The notes under the pieces are model-generated. The model worked only from the letters and a program-made list of their open reading frames with translations. It ran no database searches and was not told the origin of the DNA. A program made the translations under genes and the position numbers. A DNA stretch of 64,000 nucleotides from Callorhinchus milii. Taxonomy: Eukaryota. This document shows, one piece after another, positions 1-11,135 of the stretch. Position 1 is the first letter of the stretch. Each line of letters starts with the position of its first letter. The DNA lies in NCBI RefSeq assembly GCF_018977255.1, contig NW_024704742.1, positions 49,850,001 through 49,914,000 on the forward strand, read 5' to 3'.

Positions 1-79
1 CAATTGGCTGCTGCGCTTCACCCACAAAATATACAGTATAAGGCGCTATATCAAATGCAAGGATTATTATTAATAATAA
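1..79 (+). mobile_element. 3' end of tRNA-derived SINE (internally deleted), ATT tail
   Basis: caattggctgctgcg...aaggcgctatatcaaatgcaaggattattatt matches the 3' half of the full copy at 5203-5582. Confidence 0.85.
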
Positions 80-227
80 CCCTATTTCCTTAAGATTCCC
101 CAAACTCTGCTCCTCTGATTTTTCCCCCAAAATGTCTTTATACCTATACTTTACGGTAGCGGTAAAGTGAGAGAGCACTGGCTTTACGGTAGATGTCATC
201 AAAAAGCATCATAAGGCATTGTAAATG

Positions 228-342
228 CCCTAAATCCCAAGAATTCCCAATGATTTTTCTCCTGGGTTGCTCACAGCAGTGTCCGGGAGATTAAACTTTA
301 ATTTCAGGAGACTCCAGGACAATCTGGGAGGGTTGGCAACCC
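228..342. mobile_element. end of non-autonomous hAT-like DNA transposon
   Basis: Ends in ggagggttggcaaccc, the reverse complement of a GGGTTGCCAAC-type hAT terminus, with ccgggaga/ccaggac subterminal motifs; the other end was not found. Confidence 0.5.
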
Positions 343-1764
343 AGCAGGCACTTAGCGGACGTTGGCACCCATGCCCAGATGTGGTGTTTTCCACAAGTGG
401 GTGCTGGCTGAGTGAACGAAAGAGAGTGGCCTGGGAGGATATGGTGAGGACCAACAGCTAACTCGTCACATTGGGTAATTCGTCACTGGATCCTTTTCTC
501 TTGGAGTGACGCGTTATCTGGAGTTTACTGTATTCCCTTCTCCAGAGGTTTTTGGGTCTCACACAGCACAGGAGTAATTCCTAGTATGTGGCAGGGAAGA
601 AAGGAAAATGATCAACTAAATTTGTGCCTTGTGTAATGCTTCCAGATTTGCTTATTGGGAACACATTTGTGCAGCCAGTCAACCTGTGCTGAAACTGCTC
701 AAACACTTACTAATTCTAATCATTCCATGCAAGTTTCCTAATCATGAAAAGAACGAAACTCCATACAATAGAAAGTCCATTAAATCCCCAAAGTACTTAT
801 ACGAGACTCAAGGCAATATAATAAACAATGGATACATTCCCAGCAGTTGAATAATCTCACATGGATGTATTGCTTCAAATCTACTGCCACAAATCTCCAA
901 TGCACAGAAATCTCAGTCAACAGGTAGGGTTATCTCTCAAGTTCAGGTTAATCATCGTCTCTGCTGAGTTTATGCCACTGTTTATGGATGGCAAAATCTG
1001 GCTTCTGTTGTTGCATCCACTGAGATTTTGGGGAACTGACAGCATTTCATTTGTTTGTGTTTTAAAAGGAAATTATCTCTGCCAGAGTTCAAGCTGCAGT
1101 AATTCCCTTCCCACAAAACATTTTCAAATAGACAGAGTCACATGATTGGGTCTATCGCTTCTGATCACTTATAATAGGAATCTTTGATTACAGGTCTTGT
1201 AATGGGCAATCCCTTTAAAATCAGGTAATGAAAAGGTGGCCATTATTAGCCATCACCACTTGATAGAACCCAATGTCAGGCAATTATCTGTTAAAAGTGT
1301 TATATCTATTTCAACACTTGTGGAAAACGTTTGAGTAGGCCTCAGAAATGTGTTATCTTGAGCAATACATTGTAGGGGAAAATTAAATGCTTTTGGCTGG
1401 GCCACATTGAGGGTAAAGGTAAGACAGGCCTTCTTGCTGTGTATCAATGTAGGTCAGCTTGTTCTCTGAAATGATGATCTGTCCCCTGTGTTTTCCTATA
1501 ACTTCAGTTCTTGACATTGCCTGTATGAATTTTGCTTTCCTTGCAGAAGTTCATGAAATGCAACCAGTCTGTTTAGACTCCCAGTTGCCTGCCCTTCAAG
1601 TTAGATTGGTGTTGCTCACTGATCGCAAGTTCTGAAAGCATTATTTTTTTTCTCTGTCAAGCAAAGGCAGAGGGTTGCTAGGGCTAGAGGGGGTTTACGC
1701 CTCATGCGCCCCACCTCCCCCCCAAATCTATCTACAGTCACTGTTTCCTTTTTTTGGACAGACG

Positions 1765-1865
1765 GGCGTCTGACACATGAGGAAACCCACATCATGCTTA
1801 AGAGTATCCAAACCAAACTGAGAATGCCATGCATCCCACCTACACAGTGAAGATTCCAAGGGGAG
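1765..1865 (+). repeat. fragment of unclassified old interspersed repeat (family X)
   Basis: gtctgacacatgaggaaacccacatcatgcttaagagtatccaaaccaaactgaga; similar motif at 23655, 36275, 55690(-), 60340(-), 63305. Confidence 0.7.
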
Positions 1866-2390
1866 CCGGGAAGGGAAAGCCCTGAGCTTTGAGGAGGACC
1901 ACAGTTTGTTGTTGTTGTCCTTGATTTGCTGATGAGCCTGACAGTCAAGTCAGTGGCTCACCTATCTTAAAAGGATCCAACCCTTTAACTGAGTTTTACT
2001 CAAGGAATATTTTCCCCCAAAGAATATTTCCACCCACTGCCAGTGCCGCCAAGTATACCTGGGCTTCAGCTTTTGAGCTATCTACCTGCAAAACTAATGT
2101 GTTCTGTCAAGAATCATCCCTGGTTGGTGATGGATGACTGGATAATCTAGATCTTCATCTTTGAAACAAAATGATTCAGTTCTGTCTGAGGAACAGAAGA
2201 CACAAAGATCATACGAGACTTCAAAAATGGTGTCGTAGGTGTCATTATCCTTCAGCTTAATTGGTCATTCACTTCATAGTTTATGGCACTTCGCTATGTG
2301 CAAAATGGCTATTGTGTTGCCTACAAATACAGTTACTACACTTGCGAAGTGTTTTCACATTTAGACTCTATCGAAAACAATACTTTAAGG

Positions 2391-2460
2391 CAGGGGTGTC
2401 CATCAGGCAGTCCTCGGGCCGCAACCGTCTTGTTCGATGATTTTGTCCGGCCCGCAAACC
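2391..2460 (+). mobile_element. hAT/Charlie-like transposon terminus
   Basis: caggggtgtcca...cgggccgcaaccg...ttttgtccggcccgc resembles Charlie-type TIR and subterminal GGCCCG repeats. Confidence 0.6.
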
Positions 2461-2483
2461 ATTTCTGACTTCAATGCGTTACC

Positions 2484-4240
2484 TCACAGCTGCAGTTTCA
2501 GCAGTGTGAGGGGTGAGGTAGTGCCGTAGTCTGGCGATGTTCCGGAGGTGATGGAAGGTGGTGCCAGTTGTGGCGCGGATGTGGGGAAGTAAGGACAACT
2601 CAGGGTCGAACAGAACACCGAGGTTCCTGACTGGCTTTGAGAGGTGGAGAGTGCAGCCTTGGATGCTGATGGTGTCGGCGCCTGAGGTGCGGAGGTGCTG
2701 ACGTGAGCCAATCAGGAGGGCCTCAGTTTTGTGTACGTTGAGCTGGAGAACGTTATCTCTCGTCCAGGACTCGATGTCGGACAGGCAGCTGTCAGGACAT
2801 CGGTGGTCGTGGAGTTGAGGGTAGAGGAGGAAAGGTAGCGTTGGGTGTCATCCGCATACATGTGGAAGTTAACCTCACCAAGGGGGAGCATATAGAGGGT
2901 GAAGAGGAGGGGACCGAGGACAGAGCCCTGAGGGACACCGCACGACACAGTGCGGGGGGTGGAGGAAAAGCCGTTTGTGGAAACAAAATGAAGACGGTAG
3001 GAGAGGTACGACCTAAAACACTCAAGGACAGGGCCTTGAAGGTTTAGGTGGGAGGACAAGTGGTGGAGGAGGATAGCATGGTCGACCATATCGAATGCTG
3101 CCGATAGGACGAGGAGGCAGAGGGAGCCCTGGTCGCAGATGGTCAAGATGTTATTGGTGACCTGGACCAGGGCGCTTTCTGTGCTATGGGCAGCACGGAA
3201 ACCCGATTGAAGGGGTTCGAATAACGCATGGATGGAGAGGAAAGAGCGCAGCTGGGAGGCGACAACTCTTTCAAGGACCTTGGACAGGAAGGGGAGGTTG
3301 GAGATGGGCCGGTAGCTTGATAGCTGCGATGCATCAAGGGAGGGTTTTTTCAAAGTGGGAGTGATGATGGCAGTTTTTAGGGGAATGGGAACAGAGCCAG
3401 AGGAGAGGGACAGGTTGATGATGTCTGTGATATATGCGGCAAGGAGGTGGAGCTGAGAGATAAGGGGTGGAGTGGGGATGGGGTCAAGGGAGCAGGTGGT
3501 GGGTTTCAGGGACAGGATGAGTTTGCTGACAGAGGGTGGGGAAACGGGTACAAAGGTGTGCAGGGAAGGATGGGTAGGAGTCGGAGTGTGGGAGGCAAGC
3601 GGTNGGGGGGTGGATGTAAGTTGGAGGGGGAGTGACCGCAGAGCGAATTCCCTTGATTTTGGATTCAAGGAAATCCAGCATCTCCTCGCAGTGAAGGTTG
3701 GAGGAGATGACCTGCACGGGGTGGCAGGGGGGACGGAGGAGTCGGGATGTGGTAGAAAACAGTAGCCTGGGGTTGTTCTTCGCCTCCAGGATTATCCTGG
3801 AGTAGAAGGACGACTTGGCCGAGGCTAGAGTGGAGCGTTAGATTTTGAGGAGGTCCAGCCAGATTTGTCGGTGGACCGTTAGGCCAGATTTGAGGGAGGT
3901 GCATTCAGCGGCCCACACCTGGCTCTTCAATGAGCGGAGGTGGGTGGTGAACCAGGGGGAGGAGCGAGAGTAGGAGACAGTACGGGAGGTGGTGGGGGCA
4001 AGAGTGTCGAGTGTGGAGGAGAGGGTGTTGTGGAGGAGGGTGGGAGGAGAAGAGGGGTCAGTGAGGGTTGAAGGCCAGAGGGAGAGGAGTTTAGAGGACT
4101 CCAAGGCAGCGGTTAGGGATTGTGGGGTTAACTTCTTCCAGGGGCGGTAGAAGATGGTGGTGGGTCTGGTGGAGGTGGGGAGGGGGGTGGAGGTGGTGAA
4201 GGAGATGAAGTGGTGATCGGTGATGCAGTGCAGAGAGTGA
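2484..4240 (-). mobile_element. L2-clade LINE ORF2 fragment with reverse transcriptase domain (degenerate, 3' end missing)
   Basis: ORF 2712-3668 has YRPISNLPFLSKVLERVV, QSGFR..HSTESAL, SAAFDMVDH, GVPQGSVLGPLLFTLY and YADDTQ; upstream frame has LDTLAP...SPWFT; frameshifts present. Confidence 0.95.
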
Positions 4241-4789
4241 AATGAAGAGGGGCGGAGCAGGAGATATCCTTCACTCTGCCCCTCCCCATCCCATTTGGCG
4301 CTGCCTCAAGCCTCGTACTACCTGGTGAGATGCAGCGAGCAGCAACATGAGTATTTTGCAATTCTAGATCGACACAACTCTGAGTCTCAGTAGAAAACGC
4401 AAGGTAGGTATGGAAAATAGAGGATTTCAGTGTAAGTGGGAAGTGGATTACTTGTTTATTGAAAGAAATGGAAAACCTTAGTGCCTTGTTTGCTTGCAAA
4501 TCATATCTGTGTTGAAGGAGTTCAGAGTTAGTTTTGCAATTATGGATTAATTTGTTTTGGTTTTATTGAACATTCTCTGTAGGGGCCTTCATATTGTGAA
4601 TGTTTTGTGTTGTGACTTTAATAAATTCAAAACAATGATGTATATATTTCCATTTTAGATTATCATCATTAAGTAATACAGTCAGACAATTTAAAACATA
4701 GAATTTCTGTATGATTCTTTTATGTTTCAGGCAAGCAAAAACAAAATATTGCTGATGCAGCCCATGGACATTTCTCAAATGTGGCATCC

Positions 4790-5080
4790 GGTCTTTGATA
4801 CCCAAAAGGTTGGACCACCGTACTTTAAGGTATTCAGATATGCCAGGGTAGCAGGACAAGTGGGTTTAGGTTCAGGATCGTGAAGGGTAATTTCACGTAA
4901 AGCATCAGGAAGTATTTATTGATCCAGAGGGTAATCAGCATCTGGAACAGACTACGAGGGAGGTTGACAGATCTGAGGATACAGGACTCATTTGAGAAAC
5001 ACCTTGATGCTGAATTGGAAGATGATAGAGATGGTATTCTGTAATTAGATAAATCAGCCCAAGGGCTGTTTTCATCCAAA
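4790..5080 (+). mobile_element. old CR1 LINE 3' fragment
   Basis: Degenerate translation FRIVKGNF..SIRKY..QRVISIWNRL, typical of the CR1 ORF2 C-terminus. Confidence 0.7.
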
Positions 5081-5202
5081 CCTCTATAGTGATTTCAACT
5101 TGCTGAGAAGTTGCTTGTAACGTCATGGAAAGTTATGTCAGAATTTGCAAGATCTCCAATTATTCATTGTCTATTCATTGCTTCTACACCACTCCACGCA
5201 TT

Positions 5203-5582
5203 TGTGGAGTCCTGTAGCTCAGTGGTTAGAGCGCTTGCCTCGCAAGCGAGAGAACTGGATTTGATTCCCGGCAGGGCAAAACGTTGGGCACGTTTCCTTA
5301 CTCCACAAACCTGTTTACCTAGCAGTAAGTAGGAACCTGGTTGTTAGTCGATTGGCAGATTGCTTTTCTAGGGGTAATAATTCCTTCAAATAAAAATAAT
5401 AATAAATTGGTCACTCAATCCAGGACTATTTATGGGACACTGCTGTGTGCAATTGGCTGCTGCTTTTCACCCACAAAATATACAGTCAATTCACTTGACA
5501 ATATATTCTGTGAAGTGCTTTGAGATGTCTCGAAAATGTGATAAGGCTCTAAATGAAATGCAAGGATTATCATTATTATTAT
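5203..5582 (+). mobile_element. full-length tRNA-derived SINE with L2-type tail
   Basis: Head gtggagtcctgtagctcagtggttagagc (A box), tRNA-like arm cttgcctcgcaagcgag, B-box-like gatttgattccc, tail ...aaatgcaaggattatcattatt; many copies in the window. Confidence 0.92.
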
Positions 5583-5717
5583 TTGCTATTGAATTTTGAG
5601 CTCTTACTTTTATAGGTAAAAATATGGGAACTGTTGTAGAAGGTTTAGTGCAGACTTTTAGAAATATTATGACTTGATAAGAAAGCACTTAAACCACATC
5701 ATCGTTCTTAACTACAG

Positions 5718-5836
5718 TGTATGTATGTATGTATGTATGGATGGATGGATGGATGGATGGATGCATGCATGCATGTATGTAAGGATGGATGGATGGATGG
5801 ATGGATGCATGCATGCATGCGTGTATGTATGTATGT
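5718..5836. repeat. compound tetranucleotide microsatellite (ATGT)n(ATGG)n(ATGC)n, two blocks
   Basis: Directly visible. Confidence 0.97.
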
Positions 5837-6360
5837 TAGGAAATATATACCTTCAGAATTCAACATTGTTGTTGCACAATGTTGTAATATACTTTCATTT
5901 TCCTTCCTCATGCTTGCTTCCATCAAATCCAACCTTAAGTGTTCCAAAATGAAACACTTTTCTGTTTGCTGTCAGTGAGAATCCTGTGTGAAATCTCAAT
6001 CAGTCCCTAGAGGCCGCAGATGTTCAGCAAGTGTTGTTCTGGAATTGGCACAAATTGGCTTTAAATTGGCAATGCAATTGACAAAAGGGTACTCCTCTGA
6101 GATTACATTACAAAACCAAAGATTCGAGGCAGGGCAAGGTGGGCTTTGCAGGAATCAGAACCAGAATTGTTATGCCTCATCTGTGAATGTTTGATGCTGA
6201 TATCAGGTGGCAAAAATAATAAATTGCATTTGTTATAATGCCTTATGAAATCATCGAAGAACGTCAAAAGAGTTTCACAGGATTTTCTGATAAGTGTAGT
6301 GACTGTGGATTTTATAAGCAAACACAGCATCCAACATATGCATTTCAATTTTTGTTTAAG

Positions 6361-6532
6361 GGATTATTACCCCCAGAAAAGCAATCTGCCAATCGAGAAA
6401 CAACCGGGTTCCTATTTACTGCTAGGTAAACAGAGGCGTGTGGAGTAAGGAAACTTGCTCAATGTTTTGCCCTGCTGGGAATCAAACCCTGGTCCATTCA
6501 CATTCGAGTTGACTGCTCTAACCACTAAGCTA
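6361..6532 (-). mobile_element. tRNA-SINE 5' half
   Basis: Reverse complement of the head and central part of 5203-5582. Confidence 0.85.
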
Positions 6533-6765
6533 TGTGGAGTGCTGTAGCTGAGTGGACAAGTTTCCACGCACCGCTGTTTACTCAATCCACGACTGTTTGA
6601 GGGACACTGCTGTGCACAATTGGCTGCTGGGTTTCGCCCACAAAATATACAGTCAATTCACTTTACAATATATCCTGTGAAGTGCTTTAAGACATCTCAA
6701 AGATGGGATAAGGTGCTATATCAAGGGCAAGGATTATTATTATTATTATTATAATTGTTATTATT
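6533..6765 (+). mobile_element. tRNA-SINE, internally deleted
   Basis: tgtggagtgctgtagctgagtgg head, then the 3' half and ATT tail. Confidence 0.85.
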
Positions 6766-6769
6766 AATC

Positions 6770-6962
6770 TACAAACAACCATGAAGTAAATGATCAATTT
6801 TATCTGGGAGATTGTTGGCTATGACATTAAAATCATTTTAAATAGTGCTATGGGAGTTTTGACATCCATCAAAACAGGCAGACAGGATCTTGGTTTACTG
6901 TTTCATCCAAAGGACAGCACCTCCGGCAATGCCTCGCTCCTGCGGCATTGTATTGGAATGTG
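6770..6962 (-). mobile_element. Deu-domain SINE fragment
   Basis: aatagtgctatgggagttttgacatccatc...catccaaaggacagcacctcc, reverse complement of the core at 21030-21150. Confidence 0.7.
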
Positions 6963-9900
6963 AAATGACATGAAAGGAACTGTAGCAAATTCAAGGGTTA
7001 TTATTTAAAGGAAACCAGGAGTCAACATTGCAGTAAAATCCAGAAATGATAATACCAATCTGTAACAGCTGGATCCTACCCACACATCCATTTTAGGACT
7101 GAGCTCAGCAGCCCTATCCCCACTGCGAGCAAATACATCTGTCAACCCATTGTAGCTAATAAAATAATGCGTAGTATAAATAATTACGAAAATCAATGAC
7201 AAGACTAAAAGGCTTCATGATGATTTTTGTAATACTTTCACAATGCACAATCATAATCAAGATTGTATTTCTTTTCTTATCATTTTGCATCAAAAATCAA
7301 TCATAGGCAAATCACTTGGACTTCCTTTACATTCTGATTATTTGGGTATAGACATAAGCATGGATTTGATTTCCTTCAAATAATAAATCTTTCAATTTGA
7401 TGTAGTGCCTTTCATGTCGGGAGGAAGTCTCGATGCCCTTCACAGGATATACTTAGTGTGTAGTGACTGTGTATTTTGAAGGCAATTTTAAAAAAATCTC
7501 TTCATATTGCACTTAGATTTAGGGTTTCTGATTTCACCACTGACAACATACAACATCTTTCAACCCCTACTCTAACAGTTCATGGTTTTTCAGTTATTTT
7601 CCATACTCAAGAACAATAGCTCTAATGACTTTAGTCATGACAACGTGACTTCTCAACTAGAATGTTCTTCTTTGTGGATGCAAAAGCCAATTCGTGATTA
7701 ATATTATTAATAATAATCATCCTTACATTTGGTATAGCACCTTTCACATTGGGAGGATGTACCAAAGTGCATCACAGGATATACTGTAAAGCAGTGACTT
7801 TTTTGCAGGGAAATATATTATTGGGCATTTGTCTTCCAATTGTAGCATTTACACAGGATTTTGGAGAAGTGTGCTTGGATCTAATAGGGTCAATTCAGTG
7901 GTATATTATCGTCTGTACCTGAATGAACTCAAAGTGCCCCCTCTCCCCATCCCATCCTCCTGACACTGATCTCAATGGCGTTGTAAAGCCAGATTGGCTG
8001 ACAGTCTATTGCTAAACAGAAATGATAATTGTTAATCTAAAGATGAGATTCAAATCGAACTGCATTCAATGGCGAAGGTGGCCCTAAACTGACCCCATTG
8101 TGTTTTTTATTGTCATTGGTTCACAGTCGTGGGTGTCAGCTGGACACGATTGGCAGCATGCTGTTCAATTAGCAGGTTGTAGTCTGATAAAAAATAAAAA
8201 CGGAGCAAGGCAGAGGGATTAAAGCAGGAAGTTCATTCCAGTGTCCTCTTTGCATAACACACCAGATCCCCATTACAGGTAGTTTGCCATCTGGAAGACC
8301 GAGTGATTGAATCACTCTAGAGATCTGTAGGCAGAATTAAGCAAATTCTGTTTACTTTATGCTTTGCATTTTGCCTGGACAGCACTGAGGTGATTCCTAC
8401 TTAACATAAGAAATGCTAGATGAAAAAAGACCAAGCTCCATCTAGTTTGCCTTCCACCTTCCTGGTGGCCGTATGCACATATATCCCAAACTACCAATGT
8501 ACTATATGTACTTACTGTTGGGCAAACAGAAGTGTGTGGAGTAAGGAAACATGCCTAAGGTTTTGACCTGCCTGGGAAGTTACCACATTAATTCCTTTCT
8601 CAGTAATTTACTATTTTTGGTTATGCCACTACAACTGGGCAGGTGAACCGTGGAGCTTCCCGAAAGAAAGGCCTGCTAGTCAACCTGTCCATTCTTATGT
8701 ATTTCCTACAATTCAAAAGCATCATTGGCAGATAACCAGGAGCATGCTTACGCCCTGCTATTGCTTGAGGAATGTTAGGTGAAGGTCATAAGGAAGGGGA
8801 AAGTCATTGTAAAGAAAAATACTTGAAGATCCTGTTTGTATTTTTTTAAAGTGAGTGGACAGCACATAATAAACAAAATTGAGCTTCAGGCTGCAGGTGG
8901 CCAGGATTTCAACGAACTGCACAGTGATCATGATAGTCAGACCTGTAGTACGCTTAGTGCCAAAAGCAAATCTTTAAATGTCACAGTTCACAGTGAACCA
9001 AATACATCCAAACAAAAATACTTCCCATAGGCCAAAATGCTATGTTGTTGCGAAGTGCTATTTTTTTCCCCAGCAACATGCTACTTTAAATAAGCATCAA
9101 ACAATATATGAGCAAAGAGTGCTATTTCCTCCTGTGGTTGTACCTTCAAAATGTTTTTGTATTGAAACAGTCACAGAACAGTCTTTGCTATGGCTTGTGT
9201 TGACCACCTTTCGAGAGCGCTGGCAGCCTACAGTGGAAGAACATAATCATAGTTATCAAATGTATTTTTTTAGTTTCAACTTGTACAGCAGTTACTATTC
9301 AGAACCTTGAACTTTCTGAAGAATTGGCACCTAAGCAGCCTCTTAAAACAAATCCTTGCATTTCATTTTGCACCTTATCACATCATTGAGATGTCTCAAA
9401 GTCTTTCACAGAATACACTAAACTTTGTAGTGCCATTTGTTAACACTTAATAAGCACACTGCTGGTCATATGTCATCTGAACTCTGAAAAGGGAGTTTTC
9501 TCCTGATTTCTTGGGCAATGCCTTTGTAATATAAAGTTCCCACACACTGAGGAATTAATTTTACCTATGACCATATAAGATCCATGAGTCAAAGTCTGTT
9601 ATATTGCTGTGCAAAAACACAATGGACAAAATGTGCCATTTTTTTATTCCAGCTTAAACTCAACTCTGAAGAATATCATAAAGTGGGACGGAATCCGATG
9701 TCTGTGGAAAAACCTGGAATGATTCTTGTTAGGCTGGACGTTTAGTCAGTGAGATTGAACATGGCAGCCGCAGATGCAGCATTGGTAGCAGCAGAAGAAA
9801 ATGTCATTCAATATTACAAGAAAATGCAATTAATGGGACCTTACAGTGCTTCACAAATGAGAACCAACATGGGCAAGAATCAGAAGTTGTACGAAATAAA

Positions 9901-10364
9901 AAACATTTCTGCAAAGTCCTTGGTTTCAGAGAATAGGTTTGTTGTCATTCTGATGTTCATTAAGCCAAGCTTATAAGACCTTGCACTCGGATATCTCATG
10001 AAGGGAGAAGTCATTAAAATTGATAAGAATCTGGCATATTGGACTCTGTCAATTCAAGCATTTTATCTGAACTATCTAGCCACTGTTGAGTTGATAAACA
10101 TGGCATGTTCCTTGTATTAGAAATAAGGAATTTGTGCTCAGTTTATTTTGCCTTCATTCTAGGTGGTGAAAATTGTGATTTGTGATATGTTAATTAACAC
10201 CAGTGTTATTTATCACTTGTGTTAATGATTGTTAAATGTAGTCAAGGAGGGAAGTTAATAATTAAAGATAGTCAGCAAACAAAGACCGATTTGCCCACTC
10301 CCCTAACATTATCACAATGGCTGTGAGTTATTCTTGCATTTTCAATCCACTAATCGTGGTATTG

Positions 10365-10716
10365 ATAATAATAATAATCTTTGAATATGATATAGCGCTT
10401 TATCACATTGTTGAAACGTCTCAAAGTACTTCACAGAATATATTGTAAAATGTAGCGACTGTGTATTTTGTGGGCGAAACACAGAAACCATTTGTGCACA
10501 GCATGGATTGAGGTAACCACATTTTTTTGAGGGATTATTACTGCCGGAAAGCAATCCGTCAATCGACTAACAAAAACAGCACCTTTCATGTTGGGAGGAC
10601 GTCCCCAGACACTAACAACCGGGTTCCTAGTTACTGCTAGGTAAACAGATCTGTGTGGAGAAAAGAAACTTGCCTAAGGTTTTACCCTGTCCAGTAATCG
10701 AACCCGGATCCTCTTG
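10365..10716 (-). mobile_element. tRNA-SINE with a short L2-tail piece inside (about 10575-10612)
   Basis: Reverse-complement match to 5203-5582, interrupted by cagcacctttcatgttgggaggacgtcccc. Confidence 0.8.
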
Positions 10717-10852
10717 TTTGATAGTGGTATTCCCCATTTTTTAATATAGTCAATATACGTCAATGAAAAGTTACACATTTAAAAGTGTTATTTTGTCATT
10801 CTATGTTTTTCTACAACAACTGAAAGGCACTCATAAACATAAATATTTAGTA

Positions 10853-11135
10853 ATGTTAAACCGAGGTCCCATATGCCTGTTCAGGTAGATGTTAAAGACC
10901 CATAACATTATTTCAAAAGGTAAGGAAGTTTGTACCAGTATCCTGGGCCAACAATCCCCCAAATAAAATTGATCATTCATTTTGTAGCTGTTTATTTGTG
11001 GATCATTGCTGTGTGCAAATTGGTTGCTATGCTTCACCAACAAATATACAGTCACAGCACCTTACAGTAAATTCTGGGACATTTCATTGATGTGATAAGG
11101 CACTATAACAATTGCAAGGCTTATTATGATATTAT
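10853..11135 (+). mobile_element. Deu-domain SINE 3' part
   Basis: atgttaaaccgaggtccc...ttcaggtagatgttaaagacccat...gtgataaggcactata. Confidence 0.75.

Noticed and set aside
2712..3668. Reverse transcriptase as a retron or other novel RT system
   Set aside because: Motifs and many sister fragments identify it as an ordinary decayed L2 LINE.
4731..4829. 99-nt exon-like segment (tttcAG...AAG/gtattc; ASKNKILLMQPMDISQMWHPVFDTQKVGPPYFK)
   Set aside because: Its 3' part runs into a CR1 remnant, the donor is weak, and the peptide is not recognisable.
5206..5280. tRNA-Ala-like gene
   Set aside because: It is the head of a multi-copy SINE; no proper acceptor stem, and copies are diverged.
5674..5978. 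ORFs with MDGW/HPSI repeats
   Set aside because: Translations of the microsatellite.
9653..9745. Strong acceptor followed by TLKNIIKWDGIRCLWK, superficially like a mitochondrial carrier
   Set aside because: A stop follows immediately, with no donor and no other supporting exon.
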